Notes: generated from the sequence alone by a model not told the origin. A DNA stretch of 64,000 bases from Lama glama (GCA_028534125.1 CM052832.1:6822001-6886000), one strand, 5' to 3'. Positions 38,034-50,560 are shown, numbered from the stretch's first letter. Program-made: numbers and translations.

Positions 38034-38416
38034 TGTATTAGTTTACTGGGGCTGCCATTACAAAGTACCACACGCTGGGTGGCTTAAACAACAAAAACTT
38101 ATTTTCTCATGCTTCTGAAGGCTGGAAGTCCCAGAACAAGGTGTCAGCAGGGCTGGTTTCCTCTGAGGGCCTCTGTCTTTGACTTGTAGATGGCTGTCTT
38201 CTCTCTGTGTCCTCACATGGTCTCCTGTGTGTGTCTGTGTCCTAATCTCCTCTTCTTGGAAGGACACCAGTCACACTTGGATTTGGACCCAGCCATAGGA
38301 CCTCATTTGACCTTAATTACCCCTTTAAAGGTCTCCAAATACAGTCACATTCTGAGGCACTGGGGGCTAGGACTTCAGCCTCTGAATTTGCGAGGGGCAC
38401 CACTCAGCCCAGAACA
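38034..38416 (-). mobile_element. MaLR solo LTR (MLT1B-like)
   Basis: tgtattagtttactggggctgccattacaaagtaccac...cagcccagaaca; TG/CA ends; typical MLT1 motifs. Confidence 0.85.
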
Positions 38417-41400
38417 CAACCTACTCAAAGAGGTGGCTTGTCCCCTTGCCAGTATGACTTACCTGCTCGCAGATGTGCCTCACCTGCTGGTCAGGTTCCA
38501 CCTGCTCCTGAGCTGCCTGCTTCCCTTCCTCCCCCGTGTGTGTAGTCTTCCCGCAGCAGCCAGGTGGAGCTTTGGGCAGAGAATGAGTTCCTGTGGCTCC
38601 CTGCTCAGACCCCACCATGGTCCTTCATCATACCCACAATGGATCCAGGCTTCTCACACTTGCTGGCAATGCCCCCATCACTGGACCCCTGACTATTTCT
38701 CGGACCTTGGTTCCCTGCATCTCACTGCTTCATGCACATCATTCCTAACGTGCTGACCTCGCTCCTTCCCAAAGACACAAATCTCGTTCCCACCTTGGAA
38801 CTTTCTCCTCATTTCCACTGCCCGCCCGAATCACCCTCCACTTGAGCTTTGCGTGTCTCACTCCCCGTACGTATTACACTCCTGCCTAAATACAGATTCT
38901 TTTAAACAGAGCTTATGCAATTGTTCATCATTCAAATGTTTCGAGAACTGAAATTTTGTAAAAACTTGAAATTACAGGGGTGAAACCTATACAATTAATG
39001 TTTTTTCCAGGAAGAACTACATTTAAGACACCCTGCCTAGGTAGACGGTTATTTGTCTCATTTCTCACACAAAGGGAGATTCTATACAATTTTTCAGAAG
39101 CCTGTTCTCTTCTTTAAGTTCTTAATTACATGTTCTGCCAAAACTAGCTATGCGACTACAGGCCAGTCAGTTCATCTCTCCAAGTCCTTTGTCAGATGGA
39201 AACACTTCTGTTCGCCAGCATCAGGAAGCTGTGATTGACAGATGCCCGGGGCAAGCTCAACTGAGAAGATACTTCGGGTACTGAGCGAGTTAGAGACAGC
39301 AGATAAAACTTGTGACTCCTCTGGGTAGTTACTAAGGAAGTGATGAAGTATATTATCACTGATCCTTTATATGGCAGCTTTGTTGGAGTTTGTCCCAACC
39401 TTGTTTTTCTTTTCTCTGACCTTCACTTTTCATTTATTGTATACCACCTTAAGTCCTGTCTGGAACAAGGTGAAGTTACATATAAAGACGTTTTTAAAAC
39501 AGCAACTCATCCTCTGTATTCATGAATCATGCTTTAAAAAATTAATTTAAAAATTCAGCTCTGCTTTGAGCTCTGTGATAGGTGTTTTATCAGCCCTCTA
39601 TTTTCAACTTTAATAATTTGAATATGGCTGGAGTCATTTTGCAAATCAGGAAGCAGAAACATGGAAATCACCTAGGTTGTGAGTTTTATCCTTTTGTACC
39701 TCATTCTTCACACTCACTTCATACACTTTTTTTCTTTTTGTTGCCTCAATAGGTCCAGAACACACCTGGAATGAACCTAAAAATATTTCTTCCTGCAGCA
39801 TCGTATGTAATGTATGCAGTGATTATTTCTGGGGTATTTAAGTTTATGAATGACGACAGAAAGTGAAAGCCAGAAAAGGACCTCAGAGAGGACTGGATTC
39901 AAGCCCGCGTCTTACGGGTAAGAAGATTTAATTACCTACTTAGTTTGAAATAGCAAATTTGAAACACACATGCCTTCCCTGAGGACATTATAAAGCTGTC
40001 AGATTATACTGGGCTCCTTGAAACAGCCTTCTGAGGCACACTTGTACCTGCTTCTTGGGCACTTCAGAAACTCTCTGAGCCTTGGGGTGGTCTTGTCACC
40101 CGAGTATCCCGCATTTGGGCAGATTCACGTGTCTGGGTCTGTTCATGTAGCAGATTGGCATGGGGTGCATGGTGACCCCAGGTCAGTTAGTTGAGCACAG
40201 AGATGTTTCTCCTTTGTAAGATGCATTTCCAACCCTCACCGCCTCCACAGGCATTTTTGTCTTATGGTGTATTAGATGGGAAACATAGGATGTCTCAATT
40301 CAACTCTTTTCATTCAATTCATTATTGAGGGTCTGCTATGGCTCTGTGAAACCCAGGTAAGAACGCAGTCAAGAGTTTGCTTCTCCAGGGACTTTGTAAT
40401 CTAGTGATCCATCAATCTAATGAGAACACCACCAAGCAAATGCCTGGGTGGTGGTCAGGTGCACTGTCTTGATTAAACGTGTAAATGGCCGTTTCCTGGT
40501 CTTAATAACATGGCTGGGTGGTCTGGATGAGGATGAAACTAAGTAGCTTCTCCTGTACCAGTAATGGAGGAAAACCCAGATTCATCAAATGTGAAAGCTG
40601 GTAAGTACCTCAGAAGATACGTGGGTCCATCTTGCTTGCTGTCCAGGTGAGGAGGCTGAGACCCAGAGAAGGTGGCATGTTCAAGATCACAGCTCATTAC
40701 CATCTGACTCAACCTCCACGTGGATTCCCACTGCATTGTCCTGAGCCCTCTTCTCTCTTCACTTCATCAGAACCAGCTCTGCCTTTCAGCAATAGATGAG
40801 TGCTCTGAGGCAATGATGCTGACGCAGCCGTCGAGGTCCAGAGAGCAGTCGTGTGGGGGCGTCTCACCAACGTTCAGGCATCACAGGAGAGCAGAAGGCA
40901 CGTGGCTTATTTTATTCATGTTCTGGGTGGCAGTCTTCAGCTCACGGCAGAACTTAGGATGGAAGCACTCTGAAGTTGCTCCCCAGCTCAGAGCTCACCC
41001 TGGTCCTAGCATACCATGCCCTGCTTGTCCCGCTGCGCTGTGCCTGGACCACAGGTGCATTCAGGCACGTGGAGAAGAAAGTCACCGCCGGCCACAGCGA
41101 AGTCAGCTACCTCTGTGCTGGTGCCCAATGGCTGCACGGCTTGTGCACAGAAAAACTCAGAGGTTGCCAGTGACCTACACTCCTTCCTCAGCTTTCAAAC
41201 AAGTGTTCTGGACAGTTCTTCCCGGCCACCCCTGCCTATGATGTCTGTTGAGGTAGCCGAGGTACCCGGAAGCACACACCTTTGCCACCTGTCTCTCCCC
41301 TGCTTTTGTGACCTGCCACATCTTAGGACATGACTAGTTACCTGGAGCTGTCCACGACAGGGAGGCAGGTGCTAAGGAGATGACGCAGGTCACAGGTGCT

Positions 41401-42237
41401 GGGAGGAAGTTCTTTCTAGCACACAGAGCCCTGTATTGGCGGGGGGTTGGGGGGGTCCACTGCAGGCTAGCAGGCTCTGCCCTGCGGCAGGATTTAAGGG
41501 CAGGGGACCTGCAAGACGTCATCAGATGAAGAGGACCTCATGGGCTGAGCGTGTTACCAATACGGTGACATATCATGGAGCCATCGATCAGATGTGGGAT
41601 GCATACTCAGGATGGGGCCCTGGAGACACAGCCTGAAAACCAAGGAGACGGTTAGACCCAGATCCAGAGCAAAGTTGCCACTGAGTTTTAGAGTGCTGGG
41701 AAAGAGCCCCCCTTCTTCAGCCAGCTTGGGTCTAGAGAATGAGAAAGGAGGTGTTCCAGGGCCCATCTGTGGTCAAAGAAGGGATGGGATCATGAGGTGA
41801 TTCCAGACGTACGGGCTTGAGGAAAGTCCGCCCACACCTGAGCTCTCTGGGCTGTTTTCACCGCAACTGCTCTTGGTCAGAACCTGCATTGCTGCTCCCG
41901 GACCTCAGACTGTCATCCTTACAAACTCTCCTAGCCGAGGTCTCATGCTTAGGGAACCTGAAACCAGAAAGAACTAGAAGAAAAGGAAGCACATAGCAAT
42001 CACTGGTCCACAGCAAGCACTCTGACTGTTGTTTTGCAGGACGACGTGCACCAGCGATCGTGTGGTCGCCTCCGGGGAGGTGGGGGGACTTTGAATGTGT
42101 GTCTTGAGGCAGGAGGTGTAGGAGATGGTTAAGTAGAATTTTCACATTTTATTTTTTATTCTTTGATACCCTGTGAATTCCTTACATTGTCTATTTTCAT
42201 TATTTAAATAAAAAGTGTGTAAAATGTATAAAAATTA

Positions 42238-42368
42238 GGGGGCATAGGTGTAGCTCAGTGGTAGTATGCATGCTTGGCATACATGAGGTCCTGGGTTCAA
42301 TCCCCAGGTACCTCCATTTAAAATAACTTTTTAACATTTAAAATAAAATAAAGTAAAAATTTAAAAAA
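42238..42368 (+). mobile_element. tRNA-derived SINE (Vic-1-like)
   Basis: ggtgtagctcagtggtag...gaggtcctgggttcaatcccc plus A-rich tail. Confidence 0.9.
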
Positions 42369-43254
42369 CCAGAATAGAATGGAGTTCATGAATGGTGCCA
42401 GTCTGCCTGGGTCCCCGTTCATGGCTGCCACGGTGGTCCTAGCTGTGTGGAGCCGCAGTACCAAGGACGGGCAGGTCAGGCGAGGGTGGTATGCCTCTGC
42501 AGCCTGTGCCCACGCAGACGGCACCTTGGCCAGGCGTTGGTACCACCATGGTGCAGGCAGCACTAGAGCACAGCCGGGGAGCTATACGTTATAGCTCAGG
42601 GCAAACCCCAGGGTGACCCTTCCTGCACCTCAGTTTCCTCATCTCTAAAATGGGTGTAGGGGCAGTGATATCTGTCCCAGCTAACACACAGGATTGGGGT
42701 TTTGTTTTGTGTTTTCCCTTTGGTTTTGCTCTTTCCTAGCGACTTGGTATTTCTGTGCCTTATAGCTGTGACGTAGTGACAGGTGTGACAGGTGAAGGGT
42801 CAAAGGCTGACAAAATGGCTGGAGCTAAGTTGGGAGAGTTAAGACACAGGTCGCCGTGACCTGCTTCTGCCTGGCGTCTCTGGAGAGCTGAGAGCAGGAC
42901 CTAAAATAGCATCATTTCCAAGAAAAGGAAGCCAGTGGCATTTTGTCAGAGTGGCGGAAGGGAGGTCTCAGCCCTGTATTTTATGGTCTTAGGCATTTGA
43001 AATAACCCCAGGAAAGCCCTGGAGACGTTCCTGAGATAGAAATCTGCTCCACTGTCCTTCAAGAAAACTCCATAAACAAAGCCCTGTCAGCATGATCACC
43101 GCTCTGCCTGTCCCCGCAGTGAGGGAATGTGCATTGAGGAAACCTCCCCTTCCCTCTCCTCGCAGACAGAGGCCCGGAGAGTGCCGGCCCAAAGGCCAGC
43201 GTGTCCACTCGTGCACCCATCGTTAAACGTGCGGCCAAGAGCCGACACCTGCAG

Positions 43255-43791
43255 TTTTTTTTTAATTGAAGTATAGTCAATTTACAATATTATGTTAGTT
43301 TGAGATGTACAGCAACATGATGTATATCTGTGTGATTCTTTTTTAGGTTCTTTTCCATTATAGGTTATTACAGAGTATTGAATATATTTCCCCGTGCTGT
43401 ACAGCAGGACCTTGTTGTTTATCTACTTTATATATAGTAGTTTGTACCTATTAATCCCAAACTCCTAACTTATCCCTTCCCGCCCCCTTTCCCCTTTGGT
43501 AACCATAAGTCTGCTTTCTATGTCTGTGAGTCTGTTTCTGTTTTGTAAATATGTTCATTTTTTTTTAGATTCCACATTATCAGTGATATATCATTTGTCT
43601 TTCTCTGTTGACTTACTTCACTTAGTATGATCATCTCTAGGTCCATCCATGTTGTTGCAGATGGTGTTATTTCATTCTTTTTTTATGGCTGAGTAATATT
43701 CCATTGTGTATACGTGTATATGTATACACCACATCTTTATTCATCTGTGGATGGACACTTAGGTTGCTTCCATGTCTTGGCTATTGTAAAT
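43255..43791 (-). mobile_element. 5'-truncated L1 (3' ~540 bp)
   Basis: ttttaattgaagtatagtcaatttacaat...ggctattgtaaat; TSD acacctgcagttttt (43245-43259) / acatctgcaattttt (43792-43806). Confidence 0.92.
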
Positions 43792-45156
43792 ACATCTGCA
43801 ATTTTTAAACTGATTTTACTATAGAACTAGCTTCGTATTTTCCTGAGTTTTAGACGTGCATGGTCTTTGTATAGGTAAATAAACACACATCTACATATAT
43901 ATACACATAAAGTAAGACAGTCTAGAAATGTGGATAAAAGAGAGAACAATTCTTCTACAATCCCACCACCCAGAGATAACTGCTTGTGACAGTTTTATGT
44001 GTGTGTATTTTTGAAAAATACATTTTCTTTTGCATACGTTTAAATTTTTTCCTGTGTCAATACATCAGGAAGACCAATAGCAAGATTACAGCTATACAGT
44101 TTTCACCCTTTTCAGTGTATGGAGATAACGGAGAAAAGCCTTCTGGTCTCCTTTCCAGAAAGTCCTGCTCCCAAGGGAGGTTGCTTTATTCACTCCATCT
44201 TATTCACAGCCCGGGGGTCTGCCCTGCAATTGAAAGGACTATTTCACAGGGCCCCGGAGGGAGAACTCGGTCTGGTCACTTTTCTGTCCCTCCAACACGC
44301 TGCAGGACAAACATCCTGGAGGCCAAGGAGTGTTTTGACATTTGCGGAGGATAAGACCCCTACATGGGGGAGTGTCTGCACGTTTAGTCCAGAGGGATGA
44401 ACCCTCCCCTTCTTCCTGGAGTTTAGCGTTCTGATTTGATTGTTACTGGCCTGATGTTTGAGCCATTTCCTGTCCCTTTCCCTGAAAAGAGCAACTCTGA
44501 AACCTGTAGGTTCCTAATCCGTCTGTGGTGCACCTGCTGTGCCCGCCCAGCCCCACCCTGACCCCCACAGGCAAGCAGCAGCGTGGCCAGCAGCCAGTGC
44601 TCGGTCCGGTCCCCACACCAGGTCACCAGGCTCTGGAAGCTTCTCTGGGCCAGCTCTGCGCTGGCACCAGGCCCTGCTCAGCAGACAAAGAACAATTAGT
44701 ATGTTATTCCCCATCAAGTTCACAGTGTAAAACCTTCTGGGCCAGGCACAAGCTCGCTCCGCTCCCCTCTCCTTGGCTACTTTGACTTTCTAATTGGTGT
44801 TGACTCCTGGCTGGGGAGAGATGGTGGACAGAGGGCGGGGAGCAAGGTTCTGCCTTCAGTGCAGAAGCCCCTTCCACTCCCTTGGCCAGGCTGGTGGCAG
44901 CTTGCATGTCCGTAGTCCTGGCAAGGGCCACGGTTCCTCCCTGCCTCCCACAGAAAGAATCACGTCACACATAGCAATACAATCTAATTTTTCCTTTTCT
45001 GCCATAATGATTCGTGCTATGCTGCTTTTGAAAAAGCAAAGATAAGATTTTTTTCCAAACTTATATTTTGTTTTCTGCTCTAAACACATGCTTAGCCCAC
45101 CTATAAGGTAATCCAGCTATGCTGACCAGGTATACAGATGTTGGAATTTGGGAAAC

Positions 45157-45633
45157 TTACCACGTTTAACCTCATACTGCTCGCTGCACAACAGGCCGGT
45201 AAATCGAGGGACTAGTTGTTGGGGTGAGGAATGACGACTTTATTCGGAAAACCAGCGGACTGGGAAGATGATGCACTACTGTCCCAAAGAACCACCTTGC
45301 CTGAGTCAGAATTCAGGCTTCTTTTACACTGAAAGGGGAGGGAGTAACATCAAACATTTCCTGGTTCCGGTCAGACTCCGGAGGGGAGGTGTTAACACCT
45401 TCCTTCTGCAGCCATTCCCAGGTGGGCCTGGTCGGGGTGTTTCCTGCGAGCAAAACCAAGGTGTTTTAGCTTACTGCTCATTACCTGGGAGGCAAGGTTC
45501 CTAGAGATGGGCCATTATGTATAATTGAAGCTTACAGGCGACATCTCTTGAGTGATTGACTTGCAGCAAAAACAATAGAACACAAAAGTTAAACAGACCC
45601 ACTATGGAGTTGGACTTGTTCTTCCCTGTTACA
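45157..45633 (-). mobile_element. ERV1-class solo LTR related to the 27.6 kb and 53.7 kb copies
   Basis: Shares both terminal regions with those LTRs; perfect 4-bp TSD aaac (45153-45156, 45634-45637). Confidence 0.8.
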
Positions 45634-46084
45634 AAACTAGTAGCGTTCCCATGGATGTCAGTTTCTGTAGTATTAAAAATAATTTCTGTTAATGAGATCT
45701 TATTAATTCTGGGAGTCTAAAACTGGAGTTTGTTCTATTTTAATGTGAACTCATCGACGTATCACACTTTGGTATCTAGTTCTAAGAGCTGGAAGGAAAA
45801 GATACCCACAAACCCTAAGAAGCTTTACCCTAAACAGCATTCTTTAAAGAAAAATTATATTTTCTTTGCAGTCTCTTTGAAGATTTCTTTCACTTTAAAA
45901 GTTTAAGGTCTACTTATGTGACAAATTCGAAACTCACCAGGAGAGCATTTAAAAAGTACAGATGTCCAGACCTCCATCCTATCTGCCCTCCTGTGTTGAT
46001 TGAGCCCAACCCCGGCACTGTTCAAGAGTCAGCTGTCAACATGTTTCCGTGTCTGTTTTACGCATATATCTAGTCATCTGTCCA

Positions 46085-46450
46085 CCCGTCAATTCATCTT
46101 ATATTTTGATGAATTTCAATGTCAGTTGCAGACATCGGTATGCTTTACCTAGAAACATTTCAGCAGCATATCAATGATGGTAGTTCTGAATTTATTTAGT
46201 TCTTTTTCTTTTTGAATAAATTACAAAAGACTGAAATGTACAAATCTTAAGCGTACTCTTCTGAATTTTGACAAGTGCACACACCTGTGTAATTCAACGT
46301 TCTGTCAAAATAGACAACGTTTCATCCCCCAAGAAAATTCCCTTAGAACCCTTCCTGCCTGCCCCGTCTCCAGGCAATCACTGTTCCGACCTTTAAAAAA
46401 GTTCCAGATTTGTTTTGGCTTCTGTAACGTCATATAAAAGGAGTAAGACC
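46085..46450 (-). mobile_element. Ancient L1M (L1MC-like) 3' end; host of the U6/L1 insertion
   Basis: agttgcagacatcggtatgcttt...; aaatgtacaaatcttaagcgtac; ccaggcaatcactgttc; catataaaaggag. Confidence 0.6.
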
Positions 46451-46456
46451 GTGCTC

Positions 46457-46491
<35 letters not shown>

Positions 46492-46557
46492 AGGAGGAGA
46501 TTAGCATGGCCCCTGCGCAAGGATGATACGCAAATTTGTGAAGCGTTCCATATTTTT
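46451..46557 (+). pseudogene. RNU6: Full-length U6 snRNA processed pseudogene (5' half of a U6/L1 chimera)
   Basis: 107 nt, GTGCTCGCTTCGGCAGCAC...TTCCATATTTTT, with 5 substitutions versus canonical U6 (3 in the ACAGAGA box). Upstream flank is L1M sequence, with no recognisable PSE. Directly fused to L1. Confidence 0.96.
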
Positions 46558-46747
46558 CCATAAAAATCAACAACATAATGCCATTTGCAGCAACATGGAT
46601 GCTCCTGGAGAATGTCATTCTAAGTGAAGTAAGCCAGAAAGAGAAAGAAAAATACCGTATGAGATTGCTCATATGTGGAATCTAAAAACAAAAACAAAAA
46701 CAAAAACAGAAATACAAAACAGAAACAGACTCATAGACATAGAATAC
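46558..46747 (+). mobile_element. L1 3' fragment (end of ORF2, start of 3'UTR) fused to U6; runs into the gap
   Basis: ccataaaaatcaacaacataatgccatttgcagcaacatggat...ctcatatgtggaatctaa, colinear with ~23548-23745 of the intronic L1. Confidence 0.93.
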
Positions 46748-47247
46748 NNNNNNNNNNNNNNNNNNNNNNNNNNNNNNNNNNNNNNNNNNNNNNNNNNNNN
46801 NNNNNNNNNNNNNNNNNNNNNNNNNNNNNNNNNNNNNNNNNNNNNNNNNNNNNNNNNNNNNNNNNNNNNNNNNNNNNNNNNNNNNNNNNNNNNNNNNNNN
46901 NNNNNNNNNNNNNNNNNNNNNNNNNNNNNNNNNNNNNNNNNNNNNNNNNNNNNNNNNNNNNNNNNNNNNNNNNNNNNNNNNNNNNNNNNNNNNNNNNNNN
47001 NNNNNNNNNNNNNNNNNNNNNNNNNNNNNNNNNNNNNNNNNNNNNNNNNNNNNNNNNNNNNNNNNNNNNNNNNNNNNNNNNNNNNNNNNNNNNNNNNNNN
47101 NNNNNNNNNNNNNNNNNNNNNNNNNNNNNNNNNNNNNNNNNNNNNNNNNNNNNNNNNNNNNNNNNNNNNNNNNNNNNNNNNNNNNNNNNNNNNNNNNNNN
47201 NNNNNNNNNNNNNNNNNNNNNNNNNNNNNNNNNNNNNNNNNNNNNNN
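46748..47247. other. Assembly gap (exactly 500 N)
   Basis: Direct reading. Confidence 1.
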
Positions 47248-47421
47248 CCCCAGGAGAACGGAGGTAGGATGGAGGAAGACCTGCCTTCTCCCTCAAGCTA
47301 CACCATCCAGCGGAGCAGAGCCTCCTCCACCAGCGGGGATTCCCTGACCAGCTCTTCTGCTGCTGATGCGGAAGAAAACAAATCAGCTTCCACGAGCCCC
47401 AAGATTAACCTCTTCGTGAAG
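47248..47421 (+). CDS. CLIC5: CLIC5 long-isoform (CLIC5B) first coding exon, 3' part only; 5' part in the gap, downstream exons beyond the window
   Basis: PQENGGRMEEDLPSPSSYTIQRSRASST...SPKINLFVK resembles the recalled human CLIC5B segment QENGSVMKEDLPSPSSFTIQ...NPEIYLFVK. It ends in the CLIC-typical LFVK with phase-0 donor AAG|GTAAGG. Orientation relative to ENPP4 fits known synteny. Confidence 0.88.
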
Positions 47422-48118
47422 GTAAGGGCTGCCTCTGACAGGCACGGCCGCACACGCGGAGGGCGAGACTGGGGTTTTATTTTGCTCTGAGTGAGCGGAT
47501 TCACTCAGGTGCATGGTACCATGGACCTTGTTGGGTCTCAGTACACGTTCAGGAGTAGGGCTGGTGGGACAAGTCGCCCCACGGTTCCCCCGGGACGGCT
47601 CAGAACGACAGGCAGTGGAGAGTGCATTTGAAGTGCGAGTCTTGGCGTTGGCGTTTACACACCACGGGCAAAGCGTTTTGTAAGAGTTCACTTATGAGTG
47701 TGCAGAAATGGGTGCTCACATCCTCTCCTTGGTGACAGTCGGTCGTTAAGTACGTTTTCCTGTCTGGTTAAATTTCCTTCGTCAACATGATTTTGAAAAA
47801 TGAAACCAAGGGTTGTGAGAGAAAGTCAAATCGGCAGTTGGGCACCAGAGTTTCCTTTTGAGTGTCTCTAAGGTCACAGAGAGTCCTCCGTATATCTGGT
47901 CAATAAATGCTACCTCTGTCACTCAGCTTGTCCTTTGGCACCAATATAGCTAACATATCTGATAAGGTAACATGATTTCACTAGTTGTAAGACCCTTATT
48001 GCCAGTGTTAATGTTTAACACGTATGATTATTTAGACAAAGAACTTTGGTGATCTTCATATTAGACTGGTATTCTAATGAAGATTATGGTCGTAAATACT
48101 ATCGAAACATAAAAAGCA

Positions 48119-48238
48119 GGGGGAGGGTATAGCTCAGTGGTAAAGTGCGTGCTTAGCATGCACGAAGTCCTGAGTTCAATCCCCAGTACCTCTGTAAATA
48201 AAGAAATAAATCTAATTACCTCCCCCCGCCACCCCAAA
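48119..48238 (+). mobile_element. tRNA-derived SINE (Vic-1-like), relatively young
   Basis: gggggagggtatagctcagtggtaaagtgcgtgcttagcatgcacg...; perfect 14-bp TSD aaacataaaaagca (48105-48118, 48239-48252). Confidence 0.95.
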
Positions 48239-49708
48239 AAACATAAAAAGCATTTCCGGGCTAAACGAATCATCTTTATGAATCAAGATGGCCGAGCATT
48301 TTCCCCAACAACCCCTGAAATTCATATTTACATTTTTTTTGTTTTACTGTGAAGAAGACAACATTTTAGTAAATACTGACACTTCTTGCTAATAAATGTG
48401 ATTACTCTAGGAACCTATAAAAACCCCTGTCCACACTCATTTCTTCCCTTTCTGGTTTCCAGTTAACTCCTCTAATGAATTAAATGCACTTTAGTTGCTA
48501 ATTTAATACATAATTATTTTCTACTTTGTATTTTTCCCTTGTTGTTTTGCATCTCCTTTATTCTACTACAAGGTCCTTCTCAAGGGCACCCAGCAGAGTG
48601 TTTGGTTCATACTTGGGTACCAGGCAAGCCTTGCCTGGGATTGTGTTGAGCATCTGAGGGGAGCTGGGTGTGTAAGGCAGGGCCCTTGCTCTCAATAAAC
48701 AATGTGGTGCAGGAGACAGACTTGCAAGTTGTGAACTGTGGTGAAATGGAGGAGCGAGTGGAGTGCTGTGGGGGTTCTGGATTGCCCAAGGGGGCACGAA
48801 GGAGCAGGAGAGGCGGCATGGAGGAGCTGATGTTCAGACAAGTGCATTCAAGCAGCCTTCCGGCCTTTGCATCCATGTGGCCATTGTGTTAGTTTCTCAA
48901 ACCACAACCCCTCAACCCCCCACCCCCGGCTTTTTAAAGTGAGGACTAGGTATATCTTTTCCCCAGAGCAGAGGTGTCCCTGCAACTTCCTGCAGCAGAC
49001 AAGATTCATCATCAGCATTGTGGGCACATCAAACCATTACGTGTGTATTTGGCAAAGTGTTGCTTTCGTAAGAAATTCACCTGCCGCTGGTATTGAACCA
49101 AACAGGAGCAGGAGGAAATAGAAGGTTTGGCGTCTCCAGCTGGTGCCAGCCGCAGGAACAGCTACCTGACCGTCATGTGTGGTCCCTGAGTCACTTAAGA
49201 CCCGTGGTTCCCTAAAACAAATATGGGATCTATTTCGCTCTTTTAAGTTTACATCCTTGCTGGTGTAATTACGCTGACTGAGGGGTGGTAGAGAGAGTGA
49301 GGTGGGCACAGCTCTGGGCTCGGCCTGATGAGCCTTGGAAAGAGCTTCCACTTGAACTCTGAGTGACGGGGGGAGTCATCGGGGGCTTTGGAAGGAACAT
49401 TCTGGCTGCCTTTTGGGTAACAAGACTGTAGCAGAGAAAGGGTCGAGGCCAGCAGAACAGGTGGGAGGCAACTGAAAAACTAGGCAAGGGAGGATGGTGG
49501 ATTGGATGATGCTGACAGCAGTGGTGGTGCGAAGTGGGGTTGGGATTGTTGGGAAGAGGGAGCCCAGAGGTTTTGCCGGTGGGTCTGGTGTGTAGTACGG
49601 AGAAAGGGGTGCTGCTGGGTGAATGGACATATTCTTTCCATTTCCCCTGTGGACCTCTTCCCTGGGAACATACGATCGAGAAAATGTGCTCATACAGTCA
49701 TTCATAGA

Positions 49709-49812
49709 CCCCTCTCTTCCTCCCTCCCTCCTCCCTCCCTCCTCCCTCCTTCCTCCTTCCATCCTTCCTTCTTCCTTCCTTCCTCCCTTCTTTCCTCCCT
49801 TCCTTCCTTCCT
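49709..49812. repeat. Polypyrimidine (TCCC/TTCC)n simple repeat
   Basis: ~100 nt almost purely C/T on +. Confidence 0.9.
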
Positions 49813-50329
49813 ACTTTTACAATGTACCAATGCCAGGTACTAGATATAAGATACAAACAGCTTAAGTCCAACGGTCCTGTGGGGAAGACAGATAAACACA
49901 ATTCTTGAAGATAATAAGAGGAATGAAATCCTTGCTTCTTGAGCATTGCCTGAGATCCAGTGAAGGAAAGGTCTCTCGTAAGAGCTGCAATCCACACTAC
50001 AAGGCAACCAAAAGGGGTTGTTGGTTCAGAATTTGCTGATAGGATTATGAGAACTGTCTTGCTGCTTTCTGCTAAAATTGAAGGACCTGTAGACATTTTC
50101 CTAGATGTGTTTGTGTGTGTGTATGAGAGAGAGGGGAGGGGGAAAGAGAAGCTGATGGAGAAAAGAAGAGACAGAAGTGGAAAAGGGAGAGGAAAGCATT
50201 CTGGTGTTTTATTTAATGCAGAGGAAAGAAAGTATTCTGATGATGACTGCTGCAAAGAGAAATGGCACAGATGAACACCCTTTGTTCTGCACATAGTTGA
50301 CGTCCCTCATTATGGAAGGCAGTATATAT

Positions 50330-50560
50330 CCATAGGTTGTAGAGCAGGGTTTGAAGTCAGGTTGTGTGGTTTGAAGCCTAGCTTAACAACTTAATTCCTG
50401 TTAAATCGTTTAGCAGTTCCCTCATTGGTACAATGGATGTCATGATGATACGTTCCTCCCGGGGTGGTTACAAAGATTAAATAAGAGACTCCATGTGAAT
50501 TGCTTAATAGGGCACCTGATATATAGTAAATGCTCAATATGTAGGAGCCTAAATTATTAT
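50330..50560 (+). mobile_element. MIR
   Basis: cctcattggtacaatgg...gattaaataagag...atatagtaaatgctcaata. Confidence 0.7.

Noticed and set aside
38190..38756. 188-aa ORF
   Set aside because: It starts inside an MLT1 LTR and has no recognisable homology or exon structure.
46451..46557. Functional U6 snRNA gene
   Set aside because: The ACAGAGA box is mutated, the upstream flank is an old L1M rather than a snRNA promoter, and it is fused to L1.
46673..47490. 200-270 aa ORFs spanning the gap
   Set aside because: Artefacts of N translation; only 47248-47421 has coding support.
36974..48238. tRNA genes at 36974, 42238 and 48119 (also 10096)
   Set aside because: They have A/B boxes but also A-rich tails, TSDs and mutual divergence, so they are SINEs.
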